The notes below the pieces were generated by a model, which saw nothing but the letters and a program-made list of their open reading frames with translations, did no database searches and was not told the DNA's origin. This document shows positions 39,401 to 51,400 of a stretch of DNA of 64,000 bases, one piece after another; the first letter of the stretch is position 1; each line of letters opens with the position of its first letter. The stretch comes from Podarcis tiliguerta (taxonomy: Eukaryota): the NCBI GenBank assembly GCA_965153285.1, contig OZ229111.1. One strand, given 5' to 3'. A program made the translations under genes and the position numbers.

Positions 39401-42400
39401 TAAGTTTTCAAATCCCACTTACTGCCATGTAGGGCCGGCAGCCAGCATCTCTGGTTTTGGCAATGGAGTCTACAAGTTGTCCACTAATGCCGAAATCACA
39501 GAGTTTAATATTTCCGTTTCTGTCCAGAAGAATATTGGAAGGTTTAATATCTGCAACAGATGTGGGCAAACAGAAACATATTTAAGCAGATAAGCTGCAA
39601 CCAAAGCACTTCAGTTTCTAACTGCTGAAAGTTACATAGCGTCAGACACAAAGTTACGACTAAAGACAGCAACTGCATGTCACAGAAACTAGAGTCACTC
39701 CCCCTCTGGAATTAACAGGAGAAATAAATCAGGAACCTGGATTCGAGCTTGCTTCCCATGATATCCAAACTCAGGATCTCGGTTTGTTGCTCCCTTACAA
39801 ACCAGGATCACTACCCAGCCTTAAACCATGGTTTGTTGTTGGCTTACAAATCCTGGCTTGTTAAGGAGTAACAAACTAGGCACCTCAGCCAGCCAAGCAA
39901 CCAACCAACCAATGGCAGCAGCTTTGGTGTGTGAGAGACTTAAATGGGAGAAACCCCCTCCCATAGGACTAGGACCCTGTTCTGCACACAGAAACTTGTG
40001 ACTTAAAAAATGTAACACCCAATGAGTGTTGTCAATTGGCTCTGTCCTAATGTCAGCCTCCAACTGGTAGCCCAAGAGAACCAAAACTCACACGGACATA
40101 GTGAAACATAAAATGATCATGTGGAATACCCCAAATAGTCGGCTCACAAATGTATTTTGCATAATCTACAGGCATGCTCAGGAAGAACTGCGTGTGACAG
40201 GCATACCACACAGTAAGAAAGACAAATCCAGAAAAGCCTACCTCTGTGAATGATTTTCAAGTTTTCTTTTAAGTGGTTTAGTGCTTTCACAGTCTAGGAG
40301 AGAAAGAGAAATTTTATTGAGAACAAAAATAATAAAATGCCTCCTATTACACAATCCAAAGCCAAACAATTTAAAGATGCATCTCAGACAGCTTATAAGG
40401 CAGAAATGCAGACGCATCCCTTTAAACATTTAATAGCTATACCATGTTACAGTGTAACAGTGTAACTACAGTGTAGTTAATGCAAACAAAATGTGATAGA
40501 AATGGCTGTGTAAGACCATGGTTTGTTTCCCGCTTGTGCTTGCAGGGGCCATGGGTGGTGCTGGGATAGGGGGCAGTGCACTCCCCAACCAAGGAGCTCA
40601 CCCCCACTCTTGCCTCCCCGTTGCTAGACTCCTGTCATTGGCATATACTGCTATTTTTCTTTCAGATATCTTAGCATGTGGGACACAACCCACTCACCTA
40701 GAAGTATACTTTGTACTTTCTGTGCCCCTCCACCACCAGAAGAAAAAAAAATTCTGAAGCCGCCCTGGCAGAGACTGAACAGTATATGGTAAACCATTAG
40801 GTTTCACAGCAACAAGCCTAAATAAGTCAAATCATCTCCTGCCTAGATCCTGGATTTGAAAATCTAAGCAGAAGTGTGCAAACACAAAAGAGGCAGCAGT
40901 GAGAATAGAAAGAATACTTACAGCTAAAGTGATTTTGCCTAGAATTTCTTCTGGAATAACGTCATCTAATACACTATATACATATTTGTAAAATTTATCA
41001 AACGAGGTAGACATGAGCTCCATACAGATCCAACAGTCACCCTAAGAATAAAAAAGCAGTAAGCAAGGCATGTTTTATTATTGTTAATCTGAAATACACA
41101 TATGGGGTGGTCAATGTGCAACTCTTGCTAAGCTGTGATGGAAAGGGAAGCATAGAAAAGAAGGTCCTCGGACATACAAACCAACACCGATGCAAACCTT
41201 TGCCTTACGAAGAGAGACAAAGCAGAACATAAATATTTCTGTGAACAAACTTCAAGTTGGTCTGCCTCACAAAATATTCTGCTTCCTCTTTTGTCAAATT
41301 ACAATTGGTCTAATCAATTACCGTATATACTCAAGTAAAAGCCGACCTGAGTATAAGCTGAGGCACCTAATTTTACCACAAAAAACTGGGAAAACTTACT
41401 GACTCGAGTATAAGCTGGTTCACCACACCACAAACCTCCTAGTGGGCCGGAGAGTGTGTGTGCGCATGCGCACACGGCAGAGGGGGCTTCTCTCTCTCCC
41501 CCAGCCCCTCCAGTCTCTCTGCCTACCTAGGGTGCTGCCGAGAGGCAGAGGCTGGTGGCAGCAGCGTCGGAGGAAGAACGAGCAGCCCAAAAGGGCTGCT
41601 TTCAGGCTGCTCATTCCTCCTCCACCACCACCAACAGCCTCTGCCACTCGCAAGGGCAGGCACAGGAGCCGTGCTTGGCAGAGCAGTGGCAGCACGAGCG
41701 GCGGCAGCAAACAGCTTGCTCCGACGAGGGGTTGCTGAAAATGCGCTCAGGTGGGACCCTCATTCGAGTATAAGCCAAGGGGGGCCTTTTCAGCATAAAA
41801 AATGTGCTGAAAAAGTCAGTTTATACATGAGTATATACGGTAGTTAGGTGGCATGTGACATTCGAATACAATAGCAATTGTCCACCCCAAAATACAATGG
41901 CACTGCATTCCTCCTGACCCCTGGAGTAGTCAGATGCTTACTAGGCTTCTCAATATGGTATGGCGGTGGGGGCAGATATTATAGGCGAAGGGGATCGAGA
42001 TATGGATATGCTCGTACCCCTTCCAATCTGCGCCTCATCCCGAGGGACGAGAGTAGGGTGAGCAAGGATTACTCACCTCCGTCACTGGTGTTGTGCAATG
42101 CCAGGTCCATAGGCAACAAAACCGCCACCCTGCGAGATTTCTTTATCTCGCAGGGGGTCGACCTGGCTTGTGTGACGGAGACCTGGGTGCGCGAAGGGGC
42201 AACAGTTACCTTGCGAGAGATGGCGCCCCCGGGTTTCTCTGTCCTCCACCAGTCGCGGACTGTGGGCCGGGGGGGAGGGGTGGCATTATTAATCCGGGAA
42301 GATTGTCCTTTCAGGGCTCTACCATCGCCATCGATCCCCGGCATTGAATGTGTTGGCCTAGTGTGGGGCTCCGAGGAGAGCTTGGCTGTCTGGCTGGTGT

Positions 42401-45400
42401 ACCGGCCACCTAGCGCACCAGCAGCCACCCTGTCAGGCCTATTGGAGGCGGTGGCCGGCTGGGCCTTGGAGTTCCCTAACCTATTGGTATTGGGGGACTT
42501 CAACACCCATGCTGATGCCACTCCCTCCTCACAGGCTCTGGACCTGGTGTCTTCCATGGCGACACTAGGGCTCTCCCAGTTTGTTTCGGGCCCCACACAT
42601 CAAGCAGGTCACACGCTGGATTTGATCTTTGGCGTAGGTATAGATGTGATCATGTCTCCTTCGATGAAGGTACCATGGTCTGATCACTACGCTCTGAAAG
42701 CCAGGATTGACTTTCCACCCCCACCCTGCTTAGGTGGCGAGCCAATTTGGGCTCGCCCGCAGAGGCTGATGGACCCTGATAGATTCCGCCAAGCCTTGCG
42801 GGACCTTGCTCCCCCTGGCGACTCATTGACTGAGCTTGTTGAGGGCTGGAATATCCAGCTCCTGGCAGCCATCGATGAGATCGCACCTAAGCGCCCTCTG
42901 CGACCCCGCAGAAACCGGGCTCCCTGGTTTACCGAGGAGCTCCGGAAAATGAAGCGGGACCTCAGACGGCTAGAGCGAGTATGGCGGGGTGCCCGTGACG
43001 GAGCCTCAAGAACATCTTATAGGGCTTTTATGAAAACCTACGAGATGGCGGTGAAGGCTGCTAAGAAGTCTTACTTCTCGGCCTCCATTGCATCCGCTAG
43101 CTCTCGCCCGGCGCAATTATTTAGGATAATCAGGTCTTTAACGTCCCTTGAGGGACAGCCAAATTTAAATAACAATTTGACACATAGCTGTGAGGCATTT
43201 GCGAGCTTTTTTGCGGAGAAGGTCTTGCTGCTCCGCCATGACCTCCCTGCCAATTTGGATACAATAAAGGAACTGGAGGCCCCTCGACTGTCCTCAGGTC
43301 CAGTATTGGACCACTTCAACCGGATATCCCCAGCCGATGTGGACAGACTCCTCCGAGCTGGAAAGCCCACCACCTGTCCTCTTGACCCGTGCCCGTCTTG
43401 GCTGATTAGAGCGTGTCCAGACGAGGTGCGGGCCCTCCTGGGGGATATCATCAACTTGTCCCTTGGCACGGGGACATTCCCAGGAGAATTGAAGGAGGCA
43501 GTGGTGCGCCCGCTCTTAAAGAAAACATCATTAGATCCTTTAGATCTATCCAATTACCGCCCAGTTTCGAATCTTCCGTTCCTGGGTAAGGTGATTGAGA
43601 GAGCGGTTGCTGAACAGCTTGGTGGGTTTCTGGATGAAACATCGGCTCTCGACCCATTCCAGTCCGGCTTCCGCGCTGGTCATGGGACCGAGACGGCTCT
43701 GGTTGCCCTAACAGATGATCTTCGTAGACAGCTGGATCGAGGTGGGTCGGGGCTGCTGATTCTTCTAGATCTGTCAGCAGCTTTTGACATGGTCGACCAC
43801 GAACTTCTGGACCACCGCCTTGCCGACGTGGGGATTCAGGGCACAGCCCTTCAATGGCTGCGCTCGTTTCTCTCTGGTCGGGGACAGAGGGTGGCGCTTA
43901 GGGGGGAATTGTCATCGCGCCACTCCTTGGTGTGTGGAGTACCTCAGGGTGCGATACTCTCCCCGATGCTTTTCAACATCTTTATGCGCCCCCTCGCCCA
44001 GCTTGTCCGGAGTTTTGGGCTGGGCTGCCATCAGTATGCTGATGACACCCAACTCTATCTGTTGATGGATGGCCATCCTGACTCGGCCCCAGACACACTG
44101 ACCAGATGTCTGGAAGCTGTGGCTGGATGGCTACGTGGGAGCCGGTTGAAGTTAAATCCTTCGAAGACAGAGGTCCTGTGGCTGGGACGGGACGATATGG
44201 GATTGAGGGGGCAACTCCCATCTCTTGCGGGGGTGCAATTAGTGCCAGCACCGTCCGTTAAGAGTTTGGGTGTAATCTTCGACACCTCCCTTTCAATGGA
44301 GGCGCAGATTGCAGCTACAACAAAGGCGGCATTTTTCCATCTCCGCCAAGCTAAGCAGTTGGCTCCTTACCTCTCTCGCCCTGACCTAGCCACTGTGATC
44401 CACGCGACGGTCACCTCCAGACTGGATTATTGTAACTCGCTCTACGTGGGGCTGCCCTTGAGACTGACCCAGAAACTCCAGCGGGTGCAGAATGCTGCAG
44501 CGAGACTCCTTACGGGGTCTTCGCTGCGAGATCACATTCACCCGGTGCTATACCAGCTGCACTGGCTCCCGGTGGAGTACAGGATCAGGTTTAAGGTGCT
44601 GGTTTTAACCTTTAAAGCCCTATACGGCCTAGGACCCTCGTACCTACGGGACCGCCTCTCCTGGTATGCCCCACAGAGAAACTTACGGTCTTCAAATAAA
44701 AACATCTTGAAGGTCCCAGGCCACAGAGAAGTTAGGCTGGCCTCAACTAGAGCCAGGGCTTTTTCGGCCGTGGCTCCGATCTGGTGGAACACTCTGTCAC
44801 AAGAGACCAGGGCCCTGCGGGACTTAACATCTTTCCGCAGGGCCTGCAAGACAGAACTGTTCCACCAGGCCTTTGGCCAGGGCACAGCCTGACTCCCTCC
44901 ATTGGCAATCTTCGCAGCGCTCTGGCCCAATGGTTGCCAGTGGCTTGAATTAATTAATTTTATAATGAATGATTTTAAAGTGTTGTTTGTGCTGTTTTAC
45001 TGTTGTTAGCCGCCCTGAGCCCGGCTTCGGCTGGGGAGGGCGGGATATAAATAAAATTTATTATTATTATTATTATTATTAATATCTTGGGCCAGCTATT
45101 ATATCTCAGTTTAACCTACCGGGCAGGGTTGTTGTGATAAAAATGGGGGAGAACCATGTGCACCATCCCAACCTCCTTAAGAGGAGGAATGTGATAAAAG
45201 TGAAATGTAATAAAAGGTAGAAAGTTTGAAAGCCACAAGTGTATAACACATGATTATAATGAACCTTTTGAGAAGCACTGAAATGAAATAGGCATTTTAG
45301 AGATAAAGCAGTGCTAACGTTTTCTTTACATGCATCTCCCCCACCAAACTAGTTTACCCTTGCAAATTGTCTACTGCCTGCCCTTCAGTTAATGTGCTTC

Positions 45401-48400
45401 ATTACCCATTAAAACGTCATAAAACGTATTAACTAAATCTGTAACAAACTAAGCAGATTTTGAGTGCCCACCTCTCTGAAGAGTGCTCCATAAAACTGAA
45501 CAATATATGGGCAATCACTACTTCGCATAACTACATCCAAATCCATTAAAAGCTGTTTCTGTTCCTTTTCATCCACTGTCGAACGAATTCTCTGAAAGAA
45601 TAAGAAAGGAAGAGATATCATAATTAAAGTAAATAGAACTAGCTGTGTTTGCATGTCACATTAAGATCTTATTATGGGCTCACCCACATGAACCATGTAC
45701 TGCTCAAAAGCGCCTGCTTAACTCCTTCCACACTCCAGGCCAAACTCATGGGCTTTGACATGTCATCTGAACCATTTTAATCAGCTCAGGTGATTTTTAA
45801 GAAAAATAAATAACCTCTAACCTGTAAGGAAGGTTAGGCTGAAGAACAGCAACTAGCTCAAGGACAACCAAAGAGTTACATGCCTGAGGAAGGATTCAAA
45901 CCTGATCTCCAAGGTACTAGTCCAGAAGTCTAACCACCACACTTTGTCCAGTTGTTTAGGATGATAGGAAGACAGCAAGTTGGGGAAGGCTGACTTATGC
46001 TATCATTATCATGCAACGATCCATATTTGAGGATGAATATTCCCTTTTATTAGGCACTATTTTCTTCAGTTCAGGACTCAATTCATGGGACACATTCCAG
46101 CCTAACAAAAACATTTGAGTAGGCTGCAGTGCAAGGCTGGCCACAGGTGTGGCTTGGAGAGGAAGCATGGTCTGGAAAGATTACTAAGGACCATATTTGG
46201 TCCCTTGGCCTAAGGTCCCCCACCCCCCCCATAAAGAATATGACACGTTGGTAGCCAATCTGTGACTAAGGGCCAAACTGCATGGCACATTAAAAGTGTT
46301 TTTAGACACTGTGTCATGTCTCTCCTTTTAGAAAAGTCAACTGCAGTGGATCCTAATCCTAATCCAGATTTTGATCCTTTACCCATTGCTATTTTCTAGG
46401 CAACCTCCTCCAGTACTACCCACAATTTGCTATCACCTTCTGGGGCAAAAAAGCTTCTGTATAGAGTGATTTTCCAGGGAAAACAGTGCAGGGCTAAACA
46501 GCTAACCTTTCTTCCAGCCCCAATCGAAAATCAGCATGAACACCCACACCCCTGTTTTTCTAAAGAAAAAGGCCAATTCTAAGCACACAATAAAAAATGC
46601 TTTGAACATTAGCACGTAATGTGGCCCCAAGAAGACACTTTACAAAAATATCCCCAGTTATAGCATAACAATATGGATCTCTATATGCTAACTGTTAAGA
46701 GTAACAAGAATACCATACCCTCCCCCACCAAACAAATGCTGACCAAAGCCACTTGAGAAAGTTATAATAGCAGGCATGGGACGGTTCTGCTTTGTTCTGG
46801 AGACACTATACAATTCTTCTGGGCACAATTATTCTACAGCTGTAAAGCCATTACACATTCCAGAGTACAAATAGTAAGCAGCTCAACTGTTTGCCTAGGA
46901 AGTGATGGGCAGAACAGAACGATCCAAGTAAAGAACTGCCTGTTACACAGAAGATGAAATGGGAACTCTAAAACACAACTGCAAATATAACACACTCCAT
47001 CTGTTTTTCCTTTTGCCAGTGTTTCTTAACTCTCTGGGCAATACCTAAACTGCATATAGGCCAATGCCCTCTAACCTTCACAATTCCCTTCAGCTTGGAA
47101 CTATTCCTAACCTTTGTATACAATACATTATCCAATCTTTGTATTCCCAAGGAATCCCATGACCAAATATGCAAAGCACTTGCCATTGTGCTCTCCTTGA
47201 TTTCAAGAGCCCTGCAAAAACGCAGTTTATCTCCAGAGTTTTCTGACTTCGCTCCCATTTTCTTCTCCGGAATTCCTCTCCTAATATTTATTTACCATAT
47301 TTCCCTTTCTTCAGTGGCTGCTGGTATCTGCCTGACCTTCCTGTTTTCTGTAGAATTCTGTCTATGGAATTTTAGAATTATTTCTTTTCTTTTACTTTTA
47401 TTTTACTGGCCATCTATATAGAATCTTTTTCCAGCATCATTTTACCATAAAACAGCCACCTATTATCAAGACTTCCCACAGAAAACACAAGCTGAGCACA
47501 AATCAAGGTAGAGTGATCCTGGGAAGATCAAACTGGTTCCAGTGATTGTGGGAAGCTCCAGAAAAGCATACCTGGGGGCAGGGAGGAGATCGTCCTGAAT
47601 AGCAAGCTGAGAGAATCATTATAATAGAGGAATGCTGAATTCCTCCCATAATTTATTATTATTTAGTATTTATTACTGAATACATGGGAATGGATTAAAC
47701 ATCACCATAATAGCAAAGTTTGAATATGGCAATTGTGTCTATCATACAGATAAATGTATGACAGTTGCTGAGGTCAACGTGGAAGTTATGTGAATCCTTA
47801 AATGTTCCAAGGACCCACTAAAGATGTATCAGGGAGATGGAATGTGATGTGTCCATTGTGTTTACAAATGTCCACCTCTGCATTCATACTTTGTGTGCTG
47901 TACTGCAGTATACACAAGCAAAAGCTGGCTAATCAAAGTGTGAAGCAGTCCACACTGGACGCAACTCCTTGTTGGTACCAACCTATTTATTTGGTAACAA
48001 ACCTTAATTTGTTGCTATGGAAAACCCAAATATTGACCCTCAACAGGACTCAGCAGAGGCATGGCTACACAGAAAAAAATATGGCATGTGCCACCCTACA
48101 AATTCAGGGAGAGGAGGGAACAAGACAGAATGGATTCCTTGTAGGCCAGAAGTCACTTATGTAGCTCACAGACACAGATGCTGGAAAAAGCAGGGTGAAG
48201 AACATTTAATATTCCATAAAGCATACTGGTCACGCCCTCTTCTACTCCTATTATACTTGATGACTAGTGGCCTACATGTTATGAAACATGCCAGTATATT
48301 TGCTGATAACTGGACTGAGTACAGGGCTCAATTCTGCCTTCACTTCAAGTTATTTTATAGCCCAGTGTTGTTAAAAGAGTATTACAAGAAATGAGTGGGA

Positions 48401-51400
48401 CGCAGGTGGCGCTGTGATCTAAACCACTGTGCCTCTTGCTTGCCGAATGGAAGGTCGGCAGTTTGAATCCACATGATGGGGTGAGCTCCTGTTGCTTTGT
48501 CCGAGGCTCCTGCCAACCTAGCAGTTTGAAAACACACTGGTGCAAGTAGATAAGTAGGAAAAAATGAAAACTACTGTAGCAAGGCAACTAGCTTGTTTCA
48601 CAAAGGACCCTGACCTGTCCACTGCAAAACTGCATTTAAGAATAATAAACCTGAGCTGGATTTAAAACCAGGAACCTAGAGATAAAGGGTCTCAGTATAT
48701 ATACAGTGTTTGTGTTAAAAAGAAGCTTACGTATATTAGATGTTCTCCTTAAATTTTATAACCCATAATTTTACAAACCAGTTAAGTATTTAATAACACT
48801 AAACTACAAGGCAAAATATACAGATAGCGAGGGAAAGCAAACAACTGCTGAGCGCAAGATTGATGGATATTAAATTATCCACTATATATTGCCCCTGCAG
48901 TTGGAAAGTACAAGAATAATTACGGGCATCACCTACTTTAACAGCCATAATTTGCCCACTTGGTTTGTGGACCATTTTGTTGACAGAACCATAAGCGCCT
49001 CGTCCAATTTCTCCAAGATCTTTCAAGTCCTCCGCAGTAAAATCCCAATGTTGTTCAGGGGAAATCTTCAATTTTCCTGATGATTCAATGCTGTGTGTTC
49101 TCAGTCTCTCTCTGCCAAAAAAAAATTGGGAAGGAATTTTGCCACATTTTATATCAATTGAAAACTTTCTCTCTCTTACAGCACTGATTAAATGCATTTA
49201 TACAGAGTAGTGAACATAAAGCTAATGCAATAATATACTTTCCATGAAGGATCTAATCTAGATGGAGGTAACAGGGCAGGATACTGTAAACAATTGCACC
49301 TAAAGCAACTAGATTTTTTTTAGCTATTAATCAAGACCATCTGTCTCTTATATTACAATAACTGTATGTCTATTTCTGTGGTTGTTTATAAATTCCTGCA
49401 TAAAACTGTATTATATTCCTATGAAATGCAGAAGGATAATATTAGTTATGCTACGTAACATAAAGCAACTACATTCTTCTAGAGTTAAGTTTAGGCTGGT
49501 GATTGTCTTTCTCCTTTTATTGCCTGCATTGATAACACCATAAAGAAAACCCATACCTGTGGCTGTTGGGTTTCCGAGAAGAGTTTATAAATATTAATAG
49601 AAAACAGAAAAAATGAAGGGATCATGTTAACTCCAAAAATACATGCAGAGCCAATATTCTGTCAGTGTATTTTTGAAGTAAAAGAAGATTAGTCAAAAAG
49701 CCACAAAGCCGCTGTTGCATATTTTAAGGCTAGAAGAAGTGTGCAGAATTTTGCGTCAGTAATAAAGGATATTTTTTACATTGGGTCGAACAGACTTCCA
49801 CAGCTGTGTTAGGTTTCTTTTCTTGCTGACAAGTGGTTCTGCATGAAGAAATACAGTTTTTCTATTTTTGTCTTCCAATATGAACAGTGTTCATCTCAAG
49901 ACAAATGTGAAAGTCTCCAGTATCTTCTACCCATCACTGTCAAATGTTTGAAAATGAAGCTTACTTTGTAAGAGGAAGGTCTCAAAGAATTCAGTAGGAT
50001 TATTATTATTATTAAGCATGTTTAGGATTGGACTGTTAAACTCTGGGCTCCTCAGCTGCAATTTTAGAAGTGCTTCATAGTTTTAAAGCCCTTCCACTCA
50101 GCCCTGAACCAAGGAACTTGTCAAACCTGATAGCTGAAAATTTAATGTGGATATTTGTACATTTATCACAAACTGTGATTATGGTAAGAGCAGAGAATAC
50201 TTCAGAAGTAATCACTCAAGTAAAATTATGGGAAATTAATCAAATTACTTAGCAAACTCAACAAAAGCACTGCAATACTAGTTTTGGAATAAGTCCAAAC
50301 ATGAATTCAAGAAAGACCCTCTAAAACCAATGAAAGAATATGAGATAGCAAAAAGTCTTGATCTAAGGCTTTTTAGTTCCTAGACACTGGCTCAATTCAA
50401 ACAGAGCCTTGGGCATGTACACACCTTCCTCCCCTTGCACACTGTTACACATCCTCTTTTGTGGCAAACCAGTTTGCAGTTACATCCAAATAGGCAAAAA
50501 CATAGTTTGTGCAAACCAAAGTTTGTCTGCAATCTGAAATGCAAACCATGGTTTGATCATGGCTTACAACTGCAGTTTGCCACAAAAGAGGAAATACAGA
50601 ATGGTGCAATACAAAGGCTTGGCATTACGTAAGAACACCATTTTCTGAAGATGATGAAGTATCTTTCTCCCTTTCTCCATCATCCCCTGATCTTGGTATG
50701 TCATCTTTAATATAGATTCAGCTATACAAGATAAATATAGAGGCAACATAATACCAAGCAAAAAAATAATCAGCATCTCTGAATTCCTGTCTGTGTCATA
50801 AATAAACCACCTACAAGACCTTTCTACAAAATGTTAATGAATGAAAAAGGAAAAGAAAAGAATTTAGAAGCTGAGAGAAGCTGAAACAAAAAAGAATAAA
50901 TAGAAATTCAATTGTAAGCTTTGCCATTTGCACCTGCTAAAGATAAAGCAATTTGTCTTAGAAATCACATTACACAGGTGTTGGGCATTAATTGCTCCCA
51001 ATCTTCTAGCACATTGCAGGATACTGGTAATATGAAATACTCGTGCTTTTAAATAAACCTGAGAAAAAACAACCTATAGGGAAACGGACACCCCAGATCC
51101 TACAAAAAAGTAAACTGATGTCCTGCTAATTGTCTTCTGCAGCTACAAGGCTGAACACAGAACCTGTTTACAAAGACATACACTGCTCCCTAAGTCTGCT
51201 ACTCCTAGGATACTGAAAATTCATACAAATAATATTGACATCATCATAGTATGACTAATTTTTTTGGGGGGGCGCATTATGGCTAGTTACTTAAATACCC
51301 CAAAATAACACACATATAACAAGAGCATAGCTCACCATCTTGCTAAGACAAGATTCCCAGGACTTGAACATCAGTGACATGTCAAAGAATTCAAATGGCT

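Noticed and set aside
41420-41847. Overlapping ORFs in GC-rich sequence
   Set aside because: They lie inside a TIR-bounded MITE, are low complexity and show no transposase motifs.
41878-41956. N-terminal part of the 1004-aa ORF as a true start or host-LINE fusion
   Set aside because: It starts at TTG, has host-like composition and lies outside the candidate TSD; most likely chance open flank.
42069-44930. Several long antisense or alternate-frame ORFs inside the L2
   Set aside because: Shadow ORFs of a GC-rich coding sequence with no recognisable motifs.
38219-46200. Perfect CArG boxes at 38219-38228 and 46191-46200
   Set aside because: A few are expected by chance in 64 kb, one sits in apparent repeat debris, and there is no conservation evidence.
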